DNA of 64,000 nt from an uncultured Desulfovibrionaceae bacterium (GTDB lineage Bacteria; Desulfobacterota; Desulfovibrionia; Desulfovibrionales; Desulfovibrionaceae), in assembly GCA_964609625.1 (NCBI GenBank), contig CAZSRS010000020.1, positions 584 through 64,583 on the forward strand, written 5' to 3'. The translations under genes were made by a program, and so were the position numbers. The notes under the pieces were generated by a model. That model made no database searches, was not told the DNA's origin, and saw only the letters and a list, made by a program, of their open reading frames with translations. Positions 16,188 through 23,800 of this stretch are shown piece by piece. Each line of letters begins with the position of its first letter. The stretch's first letter is position 1.

Positions 16188-16715
16188 GTGACGGTGAAGG
16201 TGGAAGGCAACGCCGTGCTGGAGGCCATACGGCAACGTCGCAGCATCCGGAGGTTCACGGACGAGGACCTGCCTGACGACGCGATCAGGGCGATACTCGA
16301 GGCCGGCCGCTGGGCTCCCAGCGGCAAGAACAACCAGCCTTGCCGTTTCCTGGTGGTCAGGCGTGGCGATCCCAGGCAACAAGGGCTTGCCGCGTGCACA
16401 TCCTACAAGCGCATCGTTCTTGCCGCGGCAGTGAACTTAGCCGTGTTTCTGGACAAGGGCAGCATGTACCACGTCATGAAAGACCACCAGAGCGCCGGGG
16501 CCTGCATCCAGAACATGTTGCTGGCCGCGCACGCACTGGGCTACGGCGCTGTCTGGCTGGGGGAGATCTTCAACCAGGAACCCCAGGTCCACCAGGTCTT
16601 GGGCACGGACCCAGGCATGTATGCGTTCATGGCTTTGCTGGCCATGGGACGGCCTGCGGAAACGGGCCGTTCCACACGCATGGAACCTGGACGTTTTCTT
16701 CTGGAGGAATTCTGA
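16188..16715 (+). CDS. Nitroreductase-family flavoprotein
   Basis: AIRQRRSIRRFTDEDLPDDAIRAILEAGRWAPSGKNNQPCRFLVV is the classic nitroreductase N-terminus. The start is GTG 16188 or GTG 16194. Confidence 0.85.
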   Translation: MTVKVEGNAVLEAIRQRRSIRRFTDEDLPDDAIRAILEAGRWAPSGKNNQPCRFLVVRRGDPRQQGLAACTSYKRIVLAAAVNLAVFLDKGSMYHVMKDHQSAGACIQNMLLAAHALGYGAVWLGEIFNQEPQVHQVLGTDPGMYAFMALLAMGRPAETGRSTRMEPGRFLLEEF

Positions 16716-17341
16716 TGCAGGTCAGTGTGTTTCCCCTCGGTGCCCTGGAGACCAACTGTTTCCTGGCCAGCCTGGATGGCAAGGCCGTGGTGGTCGATCC
16801 AGGGGGCGATCCCGCACCCCTCCTCGATGTGTTAAAGCGCGAAAACCTGACGTTGACGCACATTCTGAATACGCATCTGCATTTCGATCACATCTTCGGC
16901 AATGCGTCCCTGCACGAGGCCACGGGTGCGCCTATCCTGGCCAACAAGGAAGACGACTACCTGATGCAGTCCGAACTTGGCAGGGGTGGTCTCTGGGGGC
17001 TCCCCCTGGTGGAGACGTTCACCTACACGCACCTGGAACCCGGCGACACCGAGCTTTTGGGCGTTCTCTGCAAGGTCCTGCACACGCCGGGGCATTCTCC
17101 AGGCAGCCTGACCTTCTATTTCCCGGATTTCAAGGTAGCCTTTGTCGGGGATCTGATCTTCTGGCGTTCCGTCGGCCGGACGGACTTTCCAGGCGGGAGT
17201 CACGAAGTCCTGCTGCGTTCGGTCATGGACAAGATTTTCACCCTGCCCGACGACGTGAGGCTCTACAGTGGGCATGGTCCATCGACCAACGTGGGTGACG
17301 AAAAGCTGCACAATCCGTTTTTCACCGAGTATCGGCGCTGA
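16715..17341 (+). CDS. MBL-fold metallo-hydrolase (glyoxalase II / persulfide-dioxygenase-like size class)
   Basis: HxHxDH motif NTHLHFDHIFGN, then HTPGHSPGS and GRTDFPGGS. ATG 16715 overlaps the upstream TGA (TGATG), indicating translational coupling. Confidence 0.9.
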   Translation: MQVSVFPLGALETNCFLASLDGKAVVVDPGGDPAPLLDVLKRENLTLTHILNTHLHFDHIFGNASLHEATGAPILANKEDDYLMQSELGRGGLWGLPLVETFTYTHLEPGDTELLGVLCKVLHTPGHSPGSLTFYFPDFKVAFVGDLIFWRSVGRTDFPGGSHEVLLRSVMDKIFTLPDDVRLYSGHGPSTNVGDEKLHNPFFTEYRR

Positions 17342-17364
17342 ACGGGAGGGAGAGGTATACGGCC

Positions 17365-17592
17365 ATGGTCCAGGAGATCGACGGTCGCATCGACTTCACT
17401 GCCACCTGCTGACGCCTGCTCGAGGAGATCCGGTGGCATCTCCGTTTCAATGGCAGGGACCGTCTGGAAATGCTCCTGCGCAAGGACGCGCTGCCCGTGG
17501 CTCGCGAGGCTCTTTTTCTGGAGCCGGGCTGGCGGCTTGAGGAGTCGGAACACCAAGGCCTGGTTTTGGCCACATTCACGAGGGGGGCGTAA
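17365..17592 (+). CDS. Candidate selenoprotein, TusA/SirA-like, 75 aa with in-frame UGA (Sec) at codon 16
   Basis: GGAGGGAGAGG Shine-Dalgarno; ATG 17365; MVQEIDGRIDFTATC-[TGA 17410]-RLLEEIRWHLRFNGRDRLEMLLRKDALPVAREALFLEPGWRLEESEHQGLVLATFTRGA; TAA 17590. It exactly fills the gap between two coupled genes. A SECIS-like hairpin lies 11 nt after the TGA. The I-D-x-x-A-x-x-U spacing matches the TusA L-D-x-x-G-x-x-C site. Confidence 0.5.
17424..17443 (+). promoter_or_regulatory. SECIS-like stem-loop downstream of the in-frame UGA
   Basis: GGAGAU-CCGGUGGC-AUCUCC: perfect 6-bp stem starting 11 nt after the UGA. The loop GGU sits at +23..+25 from the U of UGA. Two further C:G pairs are possible inside the loop, which would leave a GGU triloop. 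Confidence 0.45.
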
Positions 17593-17601
17593 AGGAGTCT
17601 G

Positions 17602-18279
17602 TTGGTGGACTTTTTTGATCCAGGATCAACGACCAAGGCTGTCATCTTCGCGTGCAGCCCCCGTGCGTCCGGCAATTCCGACACCGCGGCCAGACTCATC
17701 GCCAAGGGCATTGCCCAGGCCGGCGGACAGAGCCAACTGGTGACCCTGCGCCAGTACCGCGTGAGTCCCTGCCTCGGGTGTCGCCGGTGCGAGTACGACC
17801 CCAATCGCCAGTGCTTCCAAGCCAGGGACGATCAGTCCGGCCCCCTGTTCCAGACCCTGCTTTCAGCGCCGTTGGTATTCTTTGTCTCGCCCATCTATTT
17901 CTACCACCTGCCCGCAGGCTTCAAGGGCTTTATCGACCGAGGACAAAGCTTCTACCTGCGCATGTTGGACAAGGACCCCGAGTTGATGGCTCTGCGGGAG
18001 AGAAAGGCCCACGTCTGTCTCGTTGCCGGACGCACTCAGGGAGAACAGCTCTTTGGCGGCAGCCTGCTTACCCTGCGCTATTTTCTGCAGCCTTTCCGAC
18101 TGGAACTCTCCGAACCCCTGCTCTTGCGCGGCCTTGACGAGGCCCAGGACCTGCAAGGCAGGCCCGCCTATCATGACCAGTTGCTTGGCTTGGGCAGAAC
18201 GGCTTGGCAGGAGGTGGCCGCGACCGTGACGGCGATCCAGGCAAAGACCAACGCGACCAGCCTGACGTCTGGGGAGTGA
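17602..18279 (+). CDS. Flavodoxin-fold NAD(P)H-dependent FMN reductase, iron-sulfur flavoprotein (Isf)-like
   Basis: AVIFACSPRASGNSD...; compact Cys motif CLGCRRCEYDPNRQC (CX2CX2CX7C); PLVFFVSPIYFYHLPAGFKGFIDR. AAAGGAG Shine-Dalgarno; TTG 17602 or GTG 17605 start. Confidence 0.8.
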   Translation: MVDFFDPGSTTKAVIFACSPRASGNSDTAARLIAKGIAQAGGQSQLVTLRQYRVSPCLGCRRCEYDPNRQCFQARDDQSGPLFQTLLSAPLVFFVSPIYFYHLPAGFKGFIDRGQSFYLRMLDKDPELMALRERKAHVCLVAGRTQGEQLFGGSLLTLRYFLQPFRLELSEPLLLRGLDEAQDLQGRPAYHDQLLGLGRTAWQEVAATVTAIQAKTNATSLTSGE

Positions 18280-19103
18280 TGGGTTTTCCTTCCGAAAGTG
18301 CGGCCCGGCGCCCCTCCCTGTTCAGGGCTGTAACCAGCGCGGCACGCTCCCTGGGCTTGTTGGAGAGGCGCTGCCTGCTTTGCGGCGTTGCCGTCCCACC
18401 AGAAGACGCGGCCAAGGGGAGCGTTCCGGCAGCGGGTCTCTGCCCCGAATGCTGCCAAACGCTCCGCCCCAGGCTGGGGGGGTATTGCCCCGTGTGCGGC
18501 GCCATGGGTCAGGACGAACTCGCGCGGCAGAGCCTTTGCGGCGAGTGTCGCCGACGCTCCCTGGGCAGGAATCCCACTTTGCCCTGGAGCGGTCTTATGT
18601 TTTACGCCCCCTATGCCGGGGTACTGCGGGAGTGTATATTGGCCTTCAAGCTCAACGGACGGATAGATCTCGGCACTCTCTTGCAGCGTCTGGTACTGCG
18701 CTGTTGGGAGTTGCGCTCGCAACTGCCGGAGCACGCGGGCTGGAGGCCGGACATGGTCACGCCCGTGCCCCTGTATCCCGGCAAGTTGCGGCGCAGGGGA
18801 TTCAACCAGAGTCAGGAACTGGCCCGCCCCCTGGCTGGGAGGTTGGGAGTGCCGCTGGAGCACGGGGCACTGGTGCGCTTGCGTGATACCTTCCCCCAGT
18901 TCAGACTGCGCCACGGCCAACGCGCCGACAACATCAAGGGCGCCTTTGCCAGCCCGGCACGGATTGTGGCGAAGAAAAGGATACTCCTGGTGGACGACAT
19001 CATGACAACGGGCGCCACCCTGGTGGAGTGCTGCCGCACCTTGCACGCCGAGGGGGCGCGGGAAGTGCGCGTGCTCGTGCTCGCGCGCACCCCGGAGGAG
19101 TGA
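18279..19103 (+). CDS. comF: ComF-family protein (phosphoribosyltransferase domain)
   Basis: N-terminal Cys-rich region (CLLCG...CPECC...CPVCG...CGEC) and C-terminal PRTase loop ILLVDDIMTTGATL. The ATG overlaps the upstream TGA. Confidence 0.85.
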   Translation: MGFPSESAARRPSLFRAVTSAARSLGLLERRCLLCGVAVPPEDAAKGSVPAAGLCPECCQTLRPRLGGYCPVCGAMGQDELARQSLCGECRRRSLGRNPTLPWSGLMFYAPYAGVLRECILAFKLNGRIDLGTLLQRLVLRCWELRSQLPEHAGWRPDMVTPVPLYPGKLRRRGFNQSQELARPLAGRLGVPLEHGALVRLRDTFPQFRLRHGQRADNIKGAFASPARIVAKKRILLVDDIMTTGATLVECCRTLHAEGAREVRVLVLARTPEE

Positions 19104-19105
19104 CG

Positions 19106-20014
19106 ATGCGTGGATGGTACGGCACCATGGTGCTTCTCGTAGCGATGTTACTGCTCCCTGCTGGGGGGCTGTGCAACGTGGATCCCCACTTCGAGCCCCT
19201 GTTGGAGCGTCTGGTCGCGGACGGCTTCCCAGCCGAGGAACTGCAACGACTCTTTAGCGACCCCGACGCCGTGTTCGACCCCGATTCCATGGGCAAGAAG
19301 ATGCGCGTGCTCTTTCGGAAGAAGTTCGTTCCGCCGACACCCGTGCCACAGACCGACACCTCGGGCCAGAAGCGTGAAAAAGTCCCGCTGCACGCGCCTC
19401 ATTTGACTCCCGAGGTATTGGAGCGGCTCGCGGCCTTTCGTGCCGAGAACGCGGAGGCCCTGAAGACCGCGTCCCAGCGCTATTCCGTGCCAGAGTCACT
19501 GATCCTGGCCATCCTGATCGTGGAGACCAAGCTCGGGGATTTCCTGGGCCACGGTAAGGCCTTGAGCGTCCTGGCCAGCATGGCCGCATCCAGCGATTAT
19601 TCCTTCATCGAACCCTATCTGCGCGAGCACGCACCAAGCTTGGAGCAGATCCAATGGGCCGAGGAACGCATGGGGCGAACCGCGGACTGGGCCTACAAGG
19701 AACTGTTGGCGCTACTCGAATACAGCGGCAAAAATCAGCTCAATCCCTCGGCCATGCCCAGTTCCATCTACGGCGCGCTGGGCTTCTGTCAGTTCCTGCC
19801 TTCCAACGCCCTGCGCCTCGGGGTGGACGGCGACGGCGACGGCCGCGTGGACCTCTTTTCCCCGGCGGACGCCATTCACAGCGTGGCCAGGTTTATGCAC
19901 AAGGCGGGGTGGAAGGCCAAGCTCGCGCGCAAGGACAAAATCAAGGTCGTCAAGCGCTATAACCCGGATTACTTCTACGCCATCTCCGTGCTGGCCGTGG
20001 CGGAAAAGCTCTGA
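19106..20014 (+). CDS. Lytic murein transglycosylase (MltB/SLT_2-like)
   Basis: Signal peptide, ILIVETKLG (catalytic Glu block), GALGFCQFLPSN and DGDGDGRVDLFSPADAIHSVARFM. Confidence 0.85.
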   Translation: MRGWYGTMVLLVAMLLLPAGGLCNVDPHFEPLLERLVADGFPAEELQRLFSDPDAVFDPDSMGKKMRVLFRKKFVPPTPVPQTDTSGQKREKVPLHAPHLTPEVLERLAAFRAENAEALKTASQRYSVPESLILAILIVETKLGDFLGHGKALSVLASMAASSDYSFIEPYLREHAPSLEQIQWAEERMGRTADWAYKELLALLEYSGKNQLNPSAMPSSIYGALGFCQFLPSNALRLGVDGDGDGRVDLFSPADAIHSVARFMHKAGWKAKLARKDKIKVVKRYNPDYFYAISVLAVAEKL

Positions 20015-20032
20015 TGTCGCGACCGCCCCTGG

Positions 20033-20638
20033 CTATCGCAGCAGGTCTTCCATGGCCTCGATGCAGAATTCGCAGGCCAGGGCCGCGAGGATCAAGCCAC
20101 TGATGCGCACTAGCACCTTTTCCCCGGTCTTGCCGATGAGGCGGTTGACGTTGTCCGCAAAGAGCAGCAGCGCCAGCGTCACACCCAGGACCACCAGCAG
20201 CGAGCCTGCCGAGGCCAATTGCATGGGCAAGGGGTTGGAGCTGTTTTCCGTGGCCAGGATCACGGCGAGAATGGCGCCGGGGCTGGCGATGGCGGGCACG
20301 GCCAGGGGGAACACGGCAACGTCGCGCTCGATCTCGCCTTCCTGCTCTCTGGACATGGAAAGGGGGGCGAAGAACATCTGCAATCCAAACAGGAAGAGGA
20401 TGATGGAGCCGGAGATTTCAAAGGCAACCAGCCGGATGTGCAGGGCATCCAGAAGCACCTGCCCCAGGGCGAGAAATCCAAGGAGTACCATGGTTGCCAC
20501 CAATACGGCTTGGAACGCGATCTTCCGTTTGGCAGCCGGAGCCAACCCCGCGGTCAGGCCGGTGTAAACAATCAGCGTGCCGAAGGGGTCCAGTGTGGCG
20601 AAATAGAGCCAGAAATCCGAGATGGCTTTTTCAAACAT
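20033..20638 (-). CDS. MarC-family (UPF0056) integral membrane protein, second copy
   Basis: ATLDPFGTLIVY...FPLAVPAIASPGAILAVIL... The ATG at 20638 was preferred to the longer track ORF. Confidence 0.85.
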   Translation of the reverse strand: MFEKAISDFWLYFATLDPFGTLIVYTGLTAGLAPAAKRKIAFQAVLVATMVLLGFLALGQVLLDALHIRLVAFEISGSIILFLFGLQMFFAPLSMSREQEGEIERDVAVFPLAVPAIASPGAILAVILATENSSNPLPMQLASAGSLLVVLGVTLALLLFADNVNRLIGKTGEKVLVRISGLILAALACEFCIEAMEDLLR

Positions 20639-20875
20639 GTGGCGGTTTCCCTGACACGTGTATGTGTTTCCGACGTACAGTATCCCTGAACGCCGGGGTA
20701 TTCCTATTCCCAGGGATTCCTGCTCTACACCCAGTGGACGGGGCGTGCAAGGTCTGATCGCTGTTGCCGCTCTCCGCTGTTGCACGGAACAATGAATCTG
20801 GCTACAATGACGGTAATGGATGCAAAACCGTCAATAGACCCATCTTCTTGCTTTTCCATGGAAAACGGTAACACT

Positions 20876-23800
20876 ATGAAACGGATTGCTGGTTTCGACC
20901 TCGGTTCCGTCAGTGTCAAATTCGTGGTGCTCGACGCTGGTGGCAAGTTGTTGGAATCATCCTATGTCCGGCATCACGGCCGCCCATTGGATGCGGCCCT
21001 GCCACTGCTGTCCGATCTGATCGACCGCCACGGCCCCCTTCCCCTGGCAGTGACCGGCTCCTCGGGCAAGCTCCTGGCCGATGGGCTCGGGGTCCCGCAG
21101 ATCAACGAACTGGTCGCCCTGGCACAGGCCATGCGCGCCTGGCATCCCGAAGTGCACACCGTGATGGAAATGGGCGGGGAGGATGCCAAGCTCCTGCTCC
21201 TGGAAGACGGGGCGGTACGGGACTTTGCGCTCAATTCCGTGTGCGCCGCGGGCACCGGTTCCTTCCTGGACCAGCAGGCCGAGCGCATGCGGTTATCCAT
21301 CGAGGAATTCGCCGACTTGGCCATGCAGAGCGCCAACCCGCCGCGCATCGCGGGACGCTGCAGCGTGTTCGCCAAGTCGGATATGATCCACCTGCAACAG
21401 ATCGCCACGCCGCTGCATGATATCGTGGCTGGGTTGTGCTTTGCCGTGGCCCGGAACTTCAAGGGCTCCATCCTGCGCAACCGCGGCCTGCTCCCCGAAG
21501 TGGCCTTTCTGGGGGGCGTGGCCTTGAACCGCGGCGTGGTGCGCGCCTTTCGCGAGGAGTTCCAACTGCCGGAGCTGCGTATCCCAGATCCCCCGACCAT
21601 CTGGACGGCTGCCGGCGCGGCCCTGAAGCTGGCGGAAATGGCGGCGCGGCCCGTTCTTGTTGACACCGGGGCAATCAGTCGTCTGGAAATGGGGCGCGAG
21701 GCCGGCGCCATTCCCAGGCGCGGCAGCCTGCTGTCCAGTGGTGACCGCTTTCTGGAACGTCACGCGGTACGTCCCTGCGGGGAAGAGGAAAATTGGCGGG
21801 AAACCGACGCTCCTCCGCCGCGTGCGGCCTACATGGGTGTGGACATCGGCTCCATCAGCACCTGTCTGGCGGTGGTGGATCAGGACGGTCGCCTCGTGGC
21901 CAGGCGTTATCTGCGCACCGCCAGCCGCCCCATCGAGGCCGTGCGCCAAGGGCTCAGGGAATTGCGCGAGGAACTCGGCGAGGACCTGCCCATCCGCGGC
22001 GTGGGCACCACGGGCTCCGGCCGCTACATGATCGCCGACTGCATCGGCGCCGACCTGGTGAAGAACGAGATCACCGCCCAGGCCAGGGGCGCCGTGAGCC
22101 TGGACCAGCTCCTGGGCGGAGCGGGAGTGGATACGGTTTTCGAGATCGGCGGGCAGGACTCCAAATTCATCCGACTCCATGACGGGATTATCGTGGATTT
22201 CGAGATGAACAAGGCCTGCGCCGCCGGCACCGGCTCCTTCCTGGAGGAGCAGGCTGAGAAGCTGGACATCCCCATCAAGGACGAGTTCGCGGCACTGGCA
22301 CTGGAGGCCGAGGCTCCCTGCGCCCTGGGCGAGCGCTGCACCGTGTTCATGGAAAACTCCCTGATGCACGGTCTCCAGAAAGGCGCGGACAAGTCCGATC
22401 TCCTGGCCGGACTGTCCTATTCCATCGTGGAAAACTACATCAACCGGGTGGTGGCCGGCCGCAACATCGGGGAGAAGATCTTCTTTCAGGGCGGCACGGC
22501 CTGCAATACGGCCGTGGTGGCCGCTTTCGAGAAGTACCTGGGGCGGGAGATCACCGTGCCCCCGTACAATGACGTCTCCGGCGCCATCGGCATGGCCCTG
22601 CTGGCCAGGGAACACATGACCGGCCCCAACGCCGGCGCGCCTTCCGCTTTCAAGGGCTTTAGCGTGGCAGACAGGGACTACGAGCAGAGTTCCTTCGAGT
22701 GCAACGGCTGCGACAACCGTTGCGAGATCAACAAGGTGCGCTTTGCCGGGGAATCCACCGTCCTGCACTATGGGGGGCGTTGCGAGAAGTACGACATCCG
22801 CCGCACGGCCGGCAAGCATCTGCCAGACCTCTTCGCCCTGCGTGAAAAGGCCCTGGAGCGCACCCACACGGCCTACGTAGCGGAGCGAGGAGGCCGTCCG
22901 GCTCGGCACGGCGTCATCGGCCTGCCCCGCGTCTTTTTCATGCACGACCTCCTCCCGTTCTACAGCACCCTGCTCTGGGAGCTGGGATTCGAGGTCATGC
23001 TCTCGCCACGCACCGACCACCGCGTGGCCGGTCTGGGCGTGCAGGCCACATTGGCCGAGACCTGCTACCCGGTGAAGGCTGCCCTGGGGCACGTGCGTTG
23101 GCTCTTCGAACAGGGTGTGGAGCGCGTGTTTCTGCCCAGCTTCGTCAATGTGGCGGCCAAGGGCTCGGGCAAGAGCTCCCTGGGCTGCCCCTTGACGCAG
23201 AGCTTCCCCTACCTGGCGCGTCAAGCCTTGGTAGGCGCTGGGCGGGAGATCGTGGCTCCGGTGATCCAACTGGCCGATCCAGTTGCCTCGCGCCATCTTT
23301 CGTTGCTACGCCATGTGACAGCGCTCGGCGTCAACCCTCTGGCCCTGCACCAGGCCATGCTCAGGGCCGAGGAAGCGCAGCGCACCTTTCAGCGGGAGAT
23401 TCAGGAAGCTGGGCGCACCACCCTGGCCTCCCTGGACGAACTGTACGGTCAGGGTGTGGAGCGCGCCCTGGTGGTGGTGGGCAGGGCCTACAATGCCTTT
23501 GATTCGGGCATGAATCTCGGTGTTCCACGCAAGCTGGCCACCCTGAACACTTTGGCCATTCCCATGGATTTTCTGCCCCTCGACGACCTGGCGGAGGAAA
23601 TCGGACAGGACTGGCCGGACATGTACTGGCGCTCGGGGCAACGCATGCTCCAGGCTGCCAGGTGCATCGCCAGGGGCCCTGCCTTCAGCCGGCTGCACGC
23701 CCTGATCATCGGCAGCTTTTCCTGCGGTCCGGACTCCTTCATTCTGGAGTATTTCCATCGCGAGATGGGTGACAAACCCTACCTGCACATCGAGATCGAC

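Noticed and set aside
17263-17804. Minus-strand ORFs (97 and 160 aa) and plus-strand ORFs 17268..17540 and 17450..17743 covering the MBL/flavoprotein gap
   Set aside because: They are Arg/Pro/Ser-rich shadows. The frame containing ATG 17365, TGA 17410 and TAA 17590 shows protein-like sequence, has a Shine-Dalgarno and fits the operon spacing, so the alternatives were discarded.
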